Below are positions 47,047 to 56,570 of a DNA stretch of 64,000 bases, in pieces; the first letter of the stretch is position 1, and the number at the start of each line of letters is the position of its first letter. Source of the DNA: a virus. The notes under the pieces were generated by a model, which saw only the letters and a list, made by a program, of their open reading frames with translations, was not told the origin of the DNA and ran no database searches. The stretch covers positions 24,039-88,038 of IMG/VR virus record IMGVR_UViG_3300038426_000075; one strand, 5' to 3'. The position numbers were made by a program, and so were the translations under genes.

Positions 47047-47855
47047 GCCGTTACCTCCTTCAAATACTGCTCCAACTTGGGGATATCAAGCGGAGAATTA
47101 CTCCCAAGCCACTTATCCTTGTTGTCCACCACGGCATAAAGTTCGTCACAATACTTCTCCAAGAAATACCAGCTCATCCACCACTTCATGCCCCATGTCA
47201 CACATTGAACACCCTCTTTGAAGTAGGCACATAGATAAACGCAGTGTCCACCCCAGGTGCCCGGAACGCCATCTGCCCCTCCTACATCATACCAATGGCT
47301 CGCAGATTGAAGTTGAGAGTAAGCCGTAAGGGGAAGCTGGAGACCGATATAAAGACCGTTCAGGAGATACATTGCGGCTCTTACCATTTCTAGATCTTGA
47401 ACATTCATTGAGCCATAGGCATCAATCGTATAGTTCTTTCTGGCCGCCGTCCATCCCTTTTGTCTCCACTCATTCAGAGAATCGAGCATGACAAGACCAT
47501 TGTCCTGCCCACCACTTTCCTTGAAGTATTCGGCCTCAACTTCTTTATCAGAAATCGGGATCACTTTTCCCTGTTCATATCCCTCAAATCTCAAGGTCTG
47601 ATGAGCTCTTCCTGCCATTACACAATCCCCATAAACATCATTCCCAAATATAGGCGTAGGGATATTCAAAGATATTAAAGGTTTATTCGTGTCGATAAAC
47701 CATTCATCAGGTATTGGCGGAAGTGCCCTCATAATGTCTTTCAACTGCAGCGTTCTTGGATCTACCTTAGCTGGAGCTTTCCCAAGACAAAATTTTGGGT
47801 TAGTGTGAATACCTTTTGCTTTCATCCTCTTACCTCCTATCAAAATATTTTCCAA
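47043..47855 (-). CDS. Papain-like cysteine peptidase
   Basis: GNDVYGDCVMAG (Cys), GGHCVY (His), VTWG. Confidence 0.75.
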   Translation of the reverse strand: MENILIGGKRMKAKGIHTNPKFCLGKAPAKVDPRTLQLKDIMRALPPIPDEWFIDTNKPLISLNIPTPIFGNDVYGDCVMAGRAHQTLRFEGYEQGKVIPISDKEVEAEYFKESGGQDNGLVMLDSLNEWRQKGWTAARKNYTIDAYGSMNVQDLEMVRAAMYLLNGLYIGLQLPLTAYSQLQSASHWYDVGGADGVPGTWGGHCVYLCAYFKEGVQCVTWGMKWWMSWYFLEKYCDELYAVVDNKDKWLGSNSPLDIPKLEQYLKEVTA

Positions 47856-47915
47856 GCTTGAAACTCGCTATGCCAATTATCAAGACTATTAAAAGCCCAA
47901 TTATCACACCTAACC

Positions 47916-48983
47916 TCATAATGCGTCCTCCTGTCTTTCATGGAAGTATCTTTGAACATCTCTTCGTAGCTGGGGACTTCTATCACTTAGGACATAAAGT
48001 CCCTGCCAATCCCTCTTCAAATCCGTATCAGGATTAAACTGGTGTTTGACAAGAATGTTTTCTCTGGTTGAATAGTGTCTTTCAGCTTTTGACCCATGCC
48101 AGTGATGAAGGCAAACACCCTTTACAACCCCTACGTTTCCGCAAATAGCCCTCTCCTGCCATAAACTCTGCTTTGCGCGGTTTTCCCACTCAAAGAGCCG
48201 AGCCGTAAAGCGGGGATGATATTTTCTTTGCAAATAATAATTGAGATGACCAATCAACGCATATGCCATATAACTATCTCCGGCTCCAAGGATGCAATAG
48301 TCAATCAACCCCCCCAACTGATCCCAGGCTTCCCTTCGCATGGCCCACGCAAGACCAGGTGCTCCAGGATAGAAAGGCTTTCTCTCGATGCCTGGATACG
48401 GATAGGGATAAGGATAACCCGTTTTTATGGTATGGATTATCTTCTCTGGATTTCCATTCACCCACCAATCAATAAAGCTCCTAATCGTTCCTCTCAAATT
48501 GTAGTCCGAATCAAGATCATGCATCTGAGTCCACATCTGCACAACGGGCCAATGCTCGAGTGCGTGTAATGTCTCATCCGCCCAATCCGATCTGACAAAA
48601 TGAGTATCGGCATCAATCCAGGCTACCTTTTTCCAACCTAATGGAAGCCTTTGAACTGCTAAATTAATCATGTTTTCTTTGTACCAAAGTTCATGTTGTG
48701 TTCTAAGCTGAAGGTGATAAGGATTATTTGGTTCGGTAACAACGAAGTCTCTGTCTCCAAAGGCTGCCTCTACGGTAAAAAGAACCGCACCTGCTTCCCA
48801 TACGTGCTTGGCAAAATCTTGATATAATCTCCAGCGAGAGCGATAACGAGGAGAATTAAAAACGGTTGTCACTACAAATAATTTATCGTGAAGTATATCG
48901 GGACGCTGAAATAGGGTGCGTTGGCTCTCATCAAATGAATGCTGAATATTTATTGTGCTTCCACGATGTTCATGAGATTCCAT
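47916..48983 (-). CDS. GT-A fold glycosyltransferase-like protein
   Basis: KENMIN, VAWIDAD (DxD), GAGD, HHWHG. Confidence 0.7.
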   Translation of the reverse strand: MESHEHRGSTINIQHSFDESQRTLFQRPDILHDKLFVVTTVFNSPRYRSRWRLYQDFAKHVWEAGAVLFTVEAAFGDRDFVVTEPNNPYHLQLRTQHELWYKENMINLAVQRLPLGWKKVAWIDADTHFVRSDWADETLHALEHWPVVQMWTQMHDLDSDYNLRGTIRSFIDWWVNGNPEKIIHTIKTGYPYPYPYPGIERKPFYPGAPGLAWAMRREAWDQLGGLIDYCILGAGDSYMAYALIGHLNYYLQRKYHPRFTARLFEWENRAKQSLWQERAICGNVGVVKGVCLHHWHGSKAERHYSTRENILVKHQFNPDTDLKRDWQGLYVLSDRSPQLRRDVQRYFHERQEDAL

Positions 48984-49669
48984 CTTAGTCCCCTTTCCTT
49001 TTTCTGATTAGCATCACGCCAAAGAGGTTGAAGGTTAGAATAATGAAAACATTGAATTTGTTCTTCTGGATTAATTAAATCGAAAGTTGATACAGGCCGT
49101 ATATGATCGATTTGCCACTGTCCGTAATTACTCCAATTCATGCCCTCAATGAATCGATTTTGTAAATATTGCCACAAATATTCCGGTGAGCATCCTACAA
49201 GATCAAAGGTTGATTTCACTCTTCTTGTACCCACACGGCTATTAACTGCTTTGTAGAGTCTTGAACGAAGGTTGCGAACAATTCGAAAATTCAGATCAGT
49301 CCGCACTCGATTACGGATATATTCGGCAGCTTTTGCTTTAGCCTTGGGACTTGCCCTTTGTTGTTTTATGACATTCACTCGTTTAGCCCTGCCTGTTTTT
49401 TCTCGTGCTCTTACTTTTTGGGGATTTCTTTTTCTCTCTTGGCGCATCCATTCAGCATTTTTCTGCCTTAGCGATTCCTTTTCCTTTTCCGTCATTTGTG
49501 CACGTTTATTACGTGCCCAAAGCTTTTTGTACTCACGTATCCGAGTTAATTGTCCATCACTCAAAGGATTATTTAATCTCTTGATACGTCGCTCTTCATT
49601 CAATCGGACTTTGTTTTTAGCCCACCATTCTCGTCTTTTAGATAATGGTATCAATCCCCTAGCCTTCAA
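48950..49669 (-). CDS. HNH-type endonuclease
   Basis: Basic N-half; NLRSRL, VGCS..L, GMNWSNYGQWQIDHIRP...FHYSNLQPLW..N. Confidence 0.85.
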   Translation of the reverse strand: MKARGLIPLSKRREWWAKNKVRLNEERRIKRLNNPLSDGQLTRIREYKKLWARNKRAQMTEKEKESLRQKNAEWMRQERKRNPQKVRAREKTGRAKRVNVIKQQRASPKAKAKAAEYIRNRVRTDLNFRIVRNLRSRLYKAVNSRVGTRRVKSTFDLVGCSPEYLWQYLQNRFIEGMNWSNYGQWQIDHIRPVSTFDLINPEEQIQCFHYSNLQPLWRDANQKKERGLRWNLMNIVEAQ

Positions 49670-49976
49670 AACTGTAGATATGCCAAGACTGTTCGGGCTT
49701 CCCTCCCATGGCCGTCCATTGGGTATGCCAGTAATCCCATCCCTTTACAGGATCACAACGGTTCCCACTTACATCCCAAAAGAAGATGTATGCAGCCAGA
49801 CCCAACTGATAGGGGGATAGGGTACTAACACCATCATACGCAGTCAGACCTAACTCAAACAGGATTCTTACGGCCAGTCGTGACTGCCGAACGAAATCGA
49901 GTACAGGTCTTTCCCCCTCGGTAACCATTTGTTGAACTAATGCAGAAATCTTTGACGTAAATTCTACTCTATCCAT
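49659..49976 (-). CDS. Catalytically degenerate paralogue of the M15 endolysin
   Basis: Aligns end to end with 51344-51709, but SAH...D becomes SPY...Y and EDHFE becomes IYSFE. Confidence 0.7.
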   Translation of the reverse strand: MDRVEFTSKISALVQQMVTEGERPVLDFVRQSRLAVRILFELGLTAYDGVSTLSPYQLGLAAYIFFWDVSGNRCDPVKGWDYWHTQWTAMGGKPEQSWHIYSFEG

Positions 49977-50608
49977 TTTTCTACCTCCTTCCATTCGATA
50001 ATCTTGCCAGATTTCAGCCCAGCCTGGTGTATATGTTCTGGGGCCGTATTAGAAATATCTATCTCTGGCCCAAGGAAATCTCTCTTGGCGATTTGATAGC
50101 AATGCCTAACCAATTGAGAACAAAACATACTGTTCTTACTAATGAAGGGATTGCGTTGCCACACCCTTTTAAGGATAATGTCCAACCAAACCGCTGCTAA
50201 CCCCACGATAGGAAAATTCACTTGCTCATCAACTAATTGCAGAGCAGTAGCCAATACATTATTGACTTCTACTTCTGACAGACCAAAATCTATAATACAG
50301 GCCTGGTCGGTTTGATTATCGCACCAGTTTCCTATCCAATTCTCTTGAGCACCATTTCGCATCTGTGCTTTTAAAAGGTAGATATCGAAACTACTCTCAA
50401 AAATATGCAGACTTGTCGGGGAATCAACAGAATGTCTGTCCAGCCTTAATCCTCCAAAAATAAGGGCGTGACACCATCGCGAAGGTAGACCATCCAGAGT
50501 GAACGATTTCTGTGCCTCCCGAATGGCTCTACCCATCAGATCAGTTGTTCCTACCAGACCGATAGCTCCAGGTTTAAAATTGGCTGTAAAGAACTCAATT
50601 AAGTTCAT
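49964..50608 (-). CDS. Permuted papain-like NlpC/P60 (YiiX/YebB-like) enzyme
   Basis: KPGAI, SRWCHALI (His), MFCSQLV (Cys), TAPEHI. Confidence 0.65.
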   Translation of the reverse strand: MNLIEFFTANFKPGAIGLVGTTDLMGRAIREAQKSFTLDGLPSRWCHALIFGGLRLDRHSVDSPTSLHIFESSFDIYLLKAQMRNGAQENWIGNWCDNQTDQACIIDFGLSEVEVNNVLATALQLVDEQVNFPIVGLAAVWLDIILKRVWQRNPFISKNSMFCSQLVRHCYQIAKRDFLGPEIDISNTAPEHIHQAGLKSGKIIEWKEVEKWIE

Positions 50609-50853
50609 GGCTTCGGGCCCGGCAGTCCTTTCTTGATCTCAACTCCTGGTAGTGGACTTCTTGCGAGATAGTTTCCTATGGCAATAATCGCTGATACAGC
50701 TGAAACGATTATGACTTTATGTGTCCCTGTATCGAAATTAAAGGTCTGAGGAGCGACTATCATGGTGCTTATTGCCGTCCCGATAGCACCACTGGCCACC
50801 GAAATCAACCCTCCGATCCAACCTCTTGTCGTGTCTGATATTGTAAATTGCAT
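50605..50853 (-). CDS. Putative holin/small membrane protein
   Basis: 82 aa, two TM spans, near endolysin. Confidence 0.55.
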   Translation of the reverse strand: MQFTISDTTRGWIGGLISVASGAIGTAISTMIVAPQTFNFDTGTHKVIIVSAVSAIIAIGNYLARSPLPGVEIKKGLPGPKP

Positions 50854-50867
50854 GATACCTCCTTTTT

Positions 50868-51326
50868 CTACATAGGTTGAGGCGTGATAGGACCCTTAAT
50901 CGGTGGTGTTAGCCATTCTGGATGCTGCGCCAACATAGCCTTTACCTGTGCTTGTGTAGTGCCAGAAGGCAAAGTTGGACCTTTCCATGTCTGTATATAC
51001 CCACCCTTAACGATTTGTGTTCCAGTTTTTATTGCCGGATACGCACCCCCCGTTAGGACTCCAGTAAATTGAGGTGCATTTCCCAGAGGGAAATATGCAA
51101 TTCCACCACCTGGAGTTTGGCTAAAGGCATAGTGGGTAAAATCAATATTATTTGGGTCTATACCTTCCTCTGCCATTTGACCAGCATACTTTGGATCTTT
51201 CATCCATGTGGGCTGAGCATAAGCTGCATAGTAATCTGCTCTTGAGCGGCGTACGTAACTACCAGCTCCAAATGGAGCGGGTTGATTCCACATGCCACTA
51301 TAATTTGGTGCCTTTTGTACTGTCAT
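50868..51326 (-). CDS. Hypothetical protein
   Basis: AGGAG RBS. Confidence 0.55.
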   Translation of the reverse strand: MTVQKAPNYSGMWNQPAPFGAGSYVRRSRADYYAAYAQPTWMKDPKYAGQMAEEGIDPNNIDFTHYAFSQTPGGGIAYFPLGNAPQFTGVLTGGAYPAIKTGTQIVKGGYIQTWKGPTLPSGTTQAQVKAMLAQHPEWLTPPIKGPITPQPM

Positions 51327-51343
51327 AGTTTTATTCTCCTTTT

Positions 51344-51709
51344 TTAACTTTCAAAGTGATCTTCATCCCAAGAAATATCTTCCTTGCCGCCGTACTCCTC
51401 CTTCCACACCTTGTGCCAGTAAGCCCATCCCTTCTTTGGCGCAGGCAGAACCTTGGTCAAATCGTCTGACAGGAACATAATATCTAATGCCTTACCGAAC
51501 TGGTGAGCTGAGATATTCTTAATTCCATCACAATTCGTCACAACTTTCGACTTATCTATTACGTTGCCATCTTTATCTCTTCCAAGAGAAAACAGAAATT
51601 GCTGCTCTTCCGTTAGTCTATGCCATGAATCCCCAACTGGGTGCTCTCCCTCCGCAATCATCCTCGAAATGAATCTGGTTATCCGATCTGTATATTCAAA
51701 TCGGTTCAT
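51344..51709 (-). CDS. Endolysin, M15 family zinc peptidase
   Basis: R..EEQ..LF..GR, TNCDG, SAHQFGKALD, DEDHFE. Confidence 0.85.
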   Translation of the reverse strand: MNRFEYTDRITRFISRMIAEGEHPVGDSWHRLTEEQQFLFSLGRDKDGNVIDKSKVVTNCDGIKNISAHQFGKALDIMFLSDDLTKVLPAPKKGWAYWHKVWKEEYGGKEDISWDEDHFES

Positions 51710-51737
51710 GCTTTAACCATCCTCTTAACATTCCCCC

Positions 51738-51782
51738 AAAAAAAGAAAAGGCGCCCCCATAAATTGCAACTGAGTGCGCCTT
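51738..51782 (-). terminator. Leader terminator-like hairpin of the late operon
   Basis: AAGGCGC...GCGCCTT-TTCTTTTTTT between promoter and endolysin. Confidence 0.55.
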
Positions 51783-51829
51783 ATCTATAAAAAAGTCTAT
51801 TCGGTCTGGGCGTTTTTATCACTGCCCCA

Positions 51830-51859
51830 AGTCTATACGCAAATGCGTAATCTTGTCAA
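51830..51859 (-). promoter_or_regulatory. Putative late promoter with the palindromic operator in its spacer
   Basis: TTGACA-18 nt-TAGACT; TACGCAAATGCGTA at 51836-51849. Confidence 0.7.
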
Positions 51860-51893
51860 GAAAAATCTTTGAGATAGACTTACAATTCGCATC

Positions 51894-52169
51894 TCACGAC
51901 TTATATGTCCTCTCAACCGCTCTATTCCTTTCTTCCCGTTTAAACACGTATGCCTCAAACGCAGCAATGTCTGTATCTGTGGCCGTACCTTTGAATATGG
52001 GCATACAAAGATTGAAAATCTTTTTCGATTCTTCCATCTCTGTCTGTATCTCAGCCATCTCTTTTTTAAATTGCCGACGTGATTTTATCATCCGAGGCAG
52101 GGCATAAAAAAGTAAAAAGCCAAACACTCCCAATTGAATGACCAATAAAATAATCTCAAGTGTTTTCAT
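51894..52169 (-). CDS. Membrane-anchored hypothetical protein
   Basis: Start MKTLEII with GGAGG RBS; one TM span. Confidence 0.55.
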   Translation of the reverse strand: MKTLEIILLVIQLGVFGFLLFYALPRMIKSRRQFKKEMAEIQTEMEESKKIFNLCMPIFKGTATDTDIAAFEAYVFKREERNRAVERTYKS

Positions 52170-52257
52170 ATCAAACCTCCTTTTTATCCATTTCGTATAG
52201 ATTCCTACCATAAAAAGCTGGCGTTGTCCATCAGACCGATCCCTGAATATGACCCTT

Positions 52258-53229
52258 TCATTTTGGTGTCTCGTCCCAAATTTTCCCATCGAGCAATCGG
52301 CCAGCTTTCTTTTTGCCAACACGATACATCGTTATCATGTTGCTGTCTAAAAGTTCGTCTGGTTTTAGGGCGTTATAATGATAACCATCAGGCATGAATG
52401 TTTCCGTTTCGTGTGACCACCTTCTTTTTGATCTTCTGTAAAACAATTCTGGTTTGGTTGAGCTCCATTCCCCCCATCCCTTAAAAAAGAAAGGCACTCC
52501 TGCCGCTTGGGATTGATTTTTCAGAGATCTCACCCAATCGGGATGAATAGGGCGGGCCTTTGGGCCAGACTCTCCTCCACAGACGACCCAATCAATGCCT
52601 CCATCCAACGTCTGAGCGGGAGATCCAAGGTCGAACGTTTTTAGATGTGGTCGTGAGTCACTAAGCCATTTATATAAGAGCTTCACCGGTCCCAGCATCG
52701 GTTCCACACTCACAAACCTCTTCGCTGCCGGTATCTGCAAAAGAATCGGTATCCTCTCATCGGCGGTTTGCTGATCCTCGACCGAGACACCGAGCCATAA
52801 TCTTTTAGACTTGTCGGCGAGAATCCCCCCGCACGAATCGAGCCATACCCTTTGAAGGATGTGCTCCATTCTCTCCGGGCGCTTTGTCAGAAAGAAATAT
52901 TGATGCTTGTTGGCCCTGGCGAACGCTACGTTAAGGATTCTCACAACGAAAGAATCCGGAATGTCTTCGTGAAACAGATCCCCCATGAACTGCACTCCTA
53001 TCCTTGCGGGTTTCTTGAGACGAAGAGGGGCTTCGAGTTCTTTTTCATCAAGTATCGGTTTTTGCCCCTCATAAGCGAGTCTATGCCAAGCTGAAATATT
53101 TGGATTCATACGCAGTCTTCTTGCCATGGCCAGGTGCCAGCAGTTCCGACAGCCGTCAGAGACCGGAGTGCATCTCATGACGAGGGGGTTCCAAGTATGG
53201 GTTAAATATTCAATTTTGGTTCTTTGCAC
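52258..53229 (-). CDS. DUF5131 / phage Gp37-Gp68 family protein
   Basis: TWNP...CTPVSDGCRNC, MGDLFH, LTKRPER, WLGVSVE, WVVCGGESG, PFFFK.WG. Confidence 0.9.
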   Translation of the reverse strand: MQRTKIEYLTHTWNPLVMRCTPVSDGCRNCWHLAMARRLRMNPNISAWHRLAYEGQKPILDEKELEAPLRLKKPARIGVQFMGDLFHEDIPDSFVVRILNVAFARANKHQYFFLTKRPERMEHILQRVWLDSCGGILADKSKRLWLGVSVEDQQTADERIPILLQIPAAKRFVSVEPMLGPVKLLYKWLSDSRPHLKTFDLGSPAQTLDGGIDWVVCGGESGPKARPIHPDWVRSLKNQSQAAGVPFFFKGWGEWSSTKPELFYRRSKRRWSHETETFMPDGYHYNALKPDELLDSNMITMYRVGKKKAGRLLDGKIWDETPK

Positions 53230-53570
53230 AAAAATGCCTCCTTTTTTAACAGCATCTCGATATGATCTCTGGTTAAAGAATAATGGCCGATGGCTCCCAA
53301 GTATCCTTCCACGGTCTCACGAAGCATTTGCTCCCGAAAGCTTTTCTTCAGCATCTCTTCTGCCAATCGTTGGTCGGATAGGCTGCGCTTATACTCTTCC
53401 CAATAGGCAAGAATCTCTTTGCGGGAAAGCTTTTTGCCGATTTCGCGGGCTTCTTCTGTGTTTTTAGGTATGAGCAAAGCTAACTCCTTAAATGCAATTG
53501 CGTAAATTTTTGGGAGACTTTTTGATAAATCAATCTCGGCCTTGCCCATCGTCTCTGAAATTTCAACCAT
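53202..53570 (-). CDS. Hypothetical protein
   Basis: ORF track; overlaps both neighbours. Confidence 0.45.
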   Translation of the reverse strand: MVEISETMGKAEIDLSKSLPKIYAIAFKELALLIPKNTEEAREIGKKLSRKEILAYWEEYKRSLSDQRLAEEMLKKSFREQMLRETVEGYLGAIGHYSLTRDHIEMLLKKEAFLCKEPKLNI

Positions 53571-54331
53571 TTCCTATCTCGATGCATTCCCTGTTCGTCA
53601 CGCCACAACATGGCCATCGGAGTAAAACCCGCCTGGATCGTCTGTTTCAACCTACCTTCCGCAGATTCAAAACTGTCCTTCGGATATCCGATCAGCACAT
53701 AGGCCATTAAAACATGCCTTACCTTGGGGATTCCAGCCTCCCTCATTACCCTCCCTGCCTCAACAAGCGGCTCATAATCGTCGGGAGTATCGTAGGCAAA
53801 ATAGAGGCGGTCTGGTTTCAGATCGGCCAACATCTGGGCGTGCCATGCAGTGAGTCGCGCCGCCTCCAAACCTCCCGAGAATATAGACCTCTCCTTCTGC
53901 CGCTTCAGCATTTCACAGACCTTCAGGAAATGATCATCACTAGTAGCCAGAATATTGTCGTCCACTACGTTCCAACCCTCAATAATGGGAAGTTCTTTTA
54001 CTTCTGGATCCCTTTCGTGGACCGAGCAGAACCAACAGCGGTTGGGGCAACCCCTTGATGTGATCGTTATCCCGGGTTTGAGGAAGCGACCCGCAACAAA
54101 TTCTTCTCCTTTTGATCCAAGGGCCGGTCCTCCCATATCAACATCCGAATAGTATTGCTTCCAAGATTGATAAAGCCTTTCGGCTTCTGGAATGTCCCAC
54201 TTAAAAGCCACCGAAATCCTAACCGACTGCTCCGGAGGCCTAAAGAGTGTGGGACCTCCCACAAAGGCAAGATCGTCCCTTGGTGTCCATTGCGTCCGTC
54301 TTGGAAATACTCTAATCATCATCGCCCCCAA
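53480..54331 (-). CDS. Radical SAM protein
   Basis: TSRGCPNRCWFC (CxxxCxxC), DDNIL, YVLIGY. Confidence 0.85.
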   Translation of the reverse strand: MGAMMIRVFPRRTQWTPRDDLAFVGGPTLFRPPEQSVRISVAFKWDIPEAERLYQSWKQYYSDVDMGGPALGSKGEEFVAGRFLKPGITITSRGCPNRCWFCSVHERDPEVKELPIIEGWNVVDDNILATSDDHFLKVCEMLKRQKERSIFSGGLEAARLTAWHAQMLADLKPDRLYFAYDTPDDYEPLVEAGRVMREAGIPKVRHVLMAYVLIGYPKDSFESAEGRLKQTIQAGFTPMAMLWRDEQGMHRDRKWLKFQRRWARPRLIYQKVSQKFTQLHLRS

Positions 54332-54364
54332 AGTTGCAATCCAATTGCAAGTTCCACGCGGTGA

Positions 54365-54808
54365 TCATTTAATCTCTTTCCCTGATCTGTGGGTTATCTG
54401 AATCTGCTTTGGAAATAAATCTGCCAATCCCAAAATTTCGTCACCCGCAACCTGAGAAGCAACCCTACCATCGGGAAGCATAAGATGGGAAAAAAACGCA
54501 TCTCTCGGCCCGCAAACCACGGCACGTAAGGCCACACCTTTGACATAGTGGTACAGCATCGTAGCCGCCTGAACCCGAGCTGCCCGCTCATTCTCCTTAT
54601 ATGATTTCATGACGGGCCAAATGATTTTAAAGGCGTCTCCCTTAATAGAAAAACCTATCATAAAGGCTGCTCTTCCCTCCCCATTCATACCAAAACCTTC
54701 ACCCTCGATCTTTCCGCCTAATTCTTCGATCTGTTTTTTGGCTCTATCAATCCATACATCGGGAGACGATTTGCTGGTTTGCCAGTAGTTTAAGTCGTCT
54801 GCATACAT
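54365..54808 (-). CDS. Conserved phage hypothetical protein
   Basis: AAGGAG RBS; AFFSHLMLPDGR. Confidence 0.6.
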   Translation of the reverse strand: MYADDLNYWQTSKSSPDVWIDRAKKQIEELGGKIEGEGFGMNGEGRAAFMIGFSIKGDAFKIIWPVMKSYKENERAARVQAATMLYHYVKGVALRAVVCGPRDAFFSHLMLPDGRVASQVAGDEILGLADLFPKQIQITHRSGKEIK

Positions 54809-54823
54809 ATCAGTTTCTCCTTC

Positions 54824-54994
54824 TTACCTCGACTTCTCTTTGAAAATATCCTCTAATTTGTCTTCCTGGGCCTCAGTGAGGAAGCCGTTATCCTCGAAGA
54901 ACTCCGTCACGGACTCTACGAACCCAGCTTCCCACATGGTTAGCTTGTCATCGTCGAGTCCGTCCAGTATCCATTCAAGCCTGTCTTTGGTCAT
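54824..54994 (-). CDS. Small acidic protein (56 aa)
   Basis: MTKDRLEWILDGLDDDKLTMWEAGFVESVTEFFEDNGFLTEAQEDKLEDIFKEKSR; ATGA-coupled. Confidence 0.6.
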   Translation of the reverse strand: MTKDRLEWILDGLDDDKLTMWEAGFVESVTEFFEDNGFLTEAQEDKLEDIFKEKSR

Positions 54995-55413
54995 TTGATT
55001 TTAAAGTCTTGGATATTCCAAAGACCTTGAGCACCTTTAACCGTAATAGGTTTTTCCAGTTTCTGAACCTTATCGAGCATCCACATAAAGCGGCCAGGGG
55101 TATAGTCTCCGAAGGCCTTCTCCTGGGCTGAAAGTAAGAGAGGACCCGTATGAATAGGAAAGCACGCCTCAAGTTCACAAATTGCGACAATGGCACCGAG
55201 AGCATGAGCCTCCTTATAGGCGTATCCTGCTTCATAGAGAACCTTAAAAAATGGATCTCGGCCCAACAATAATCTTGCTTCCTTTTGCCATTTGCTACTC
55301 GAATGGATCGCCAGGGAACCTCGGTACTCGGTGCTCCAGCTTCTTGTTTCAATTTTTTTTACTCCAATCGCAATCAGGGTTGCCCAGGGTTGGTAAAGGG
55401 TGAGTGCTTTCAT
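54991..55413 (-). CDS. ASCH domain protein
   Basis: MKALTLYQPWATLIAIGVKKIETRSW...YRG.LAIH...GAQGLWN. Confidence 0.9.
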   Translation of the reverse strand: MKALTLYQPWATLIAIGVKKIETRSWSTEYRGSLAIHSSSKWQKEARLLLGRDPFFKVLYEAGYAYKEAHALGAIVAICELEACFPIHTGPLLLSAQEKAFGDYTPGRFMWMLDKVQKLEKPITVKGAQGLWNIQDFKIK

Positions 55414-55598
55414 GCTCTGTACGGTCCTTTCAGGGTGAGAGTGTCAAGAAATTTTTCTGGATCTAACACTTCGTCAAGCTTGGTACTCCATATTTTCCCG
55501 TTCATTGAGATGAGAACGATGGTAACTTGGGGAGCTTCAATATCCCCGGCAAGGTAGACACCAGGATTCTTAATCATGTGCTCAACTTCTTTTCTCAT
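55410..55598 (-). CDS. Hypothetical protein
   Basis: GGAGG RBS. Confidence 0.5.
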   Translation of the reverse strand: MRKEVEHMIKNPGVYLAGDIEAPQVTIVLISMNGKIWSTKLDEVLDPEKFLDTLTLKGPYRA

Positions 55599-55656
55599 TT
55601 TGGCACCTCCCGTTGCAATCGGTCTGCCGTGATCATATTAATCCCTTCTGTCCCTT

Positions 55657-56565
55657 TTACGGGGAACGCATTTGCGTAACCGAGGACGCAACATCCATTT
55701 TTATTTCATAATCCTTCAATACAACCCCTTTCTTATTCCTTCCCGCAACATGGGCTTGCCACCAGAATCTTCCGACAATATGACCAAAGAGAGGATTTTC
55801 TTCAGTATAAGTTTTGAAGTGACCACGGCACAAGTGGATTCGGTTGGTCCATAGATGCTTCGGGATTGACTTTTCCCTTTGTGTCGTTGGTTTAAGATAT
55901 AGGATGTGGTAAGTAAATAGTGGACCTTTATCACCCTTGGCTCTCTTTGTATTCAACTTAGGGGGGGGGATGACCTTCTCTGTTCCTATATTTTTGCAAT
56001 CCAGAAGCATTAAAGAAGAGTTTAACGCACCCAGATTTTGAGAATTTACTGCCGAGGAAAGTTCAATCACCTTGTTAAGTTTGCCACCATACATGGATTC
56101 TTTCCATGCTCCAAAGACTCCTATCCTCTCTTTGCCCACATCAACCTTATAGCCAAGCGCATCAATGGCCCACTTTTTTGCTTTATCAAAGTAACTAAAC
56201 GTCACAACGTCCCATACGAGCGGTTCCAATTCATTCGTCAGTATTGCGAACTTTGAGGTCTCACCGACATCTAAGTGCATTCCCAATAGATCTCCATCTA
56301 TACTCCAAGGTCTTGCCACTCTATTCTCATCAGGACTTATTACATAATCAAACCATGATACCTTATAGGGAATATTGACACCGCCTAACGGTCCTGTAAA
56401 CATAGGAACGCCTTGATGTTTTAAACAAAAAGACAGAATATCTTGAACTATTCCAAAGTGAAATTTTTGGGAGTGACGAATCAACTCATAAAGAACTGAG
56501 ACGTTTTTGTCCTCAATATAATGATGATCTCTTTTAAGATCTTCAATGACCTGGTGTGCAAACAT
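55657..56565 (-). CDS. Conserved phage hypothetical protein
   Basis: C-terminal HLCRGHFKTY...WWQAHV.G motif. Confidence 0.6.
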   Translation of the reverse strand: MFAHQVIEDLKRDHHYIEDKNVSVLYELIRHSQKFHFGIVQDILSFCLKHQGVPMFTGPLGGVNIPYKVSWFDYVISPDENRVARPWSIDGDLLGMHLDVGETSKFAILTNELEPLVWDVVTFSYFDKAKKWAIDALGYKVDVGKERIGVFGAWKESMYGGKLNKVIELSSAVNSQNLGALNSSLMLLDCKNIGTEKVIPPPKLNTKRAKGDKGPLFTYHILYLKPTTQREKSIPKHLWTNRIHLCRGHFKTYTEENPLFGHIVGRFWWQAHVAGRNKKGVVLKDYEIKMDVASSVTQMRSP

Positions 56566-56570
56566 ATCGC

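Noticed and set aside
15682-51849. CRISPR array from the recurring palindromes
   Set aside because: Copies are kilobases apart, only 14 bp, with no spacer periodicity and no cas genes
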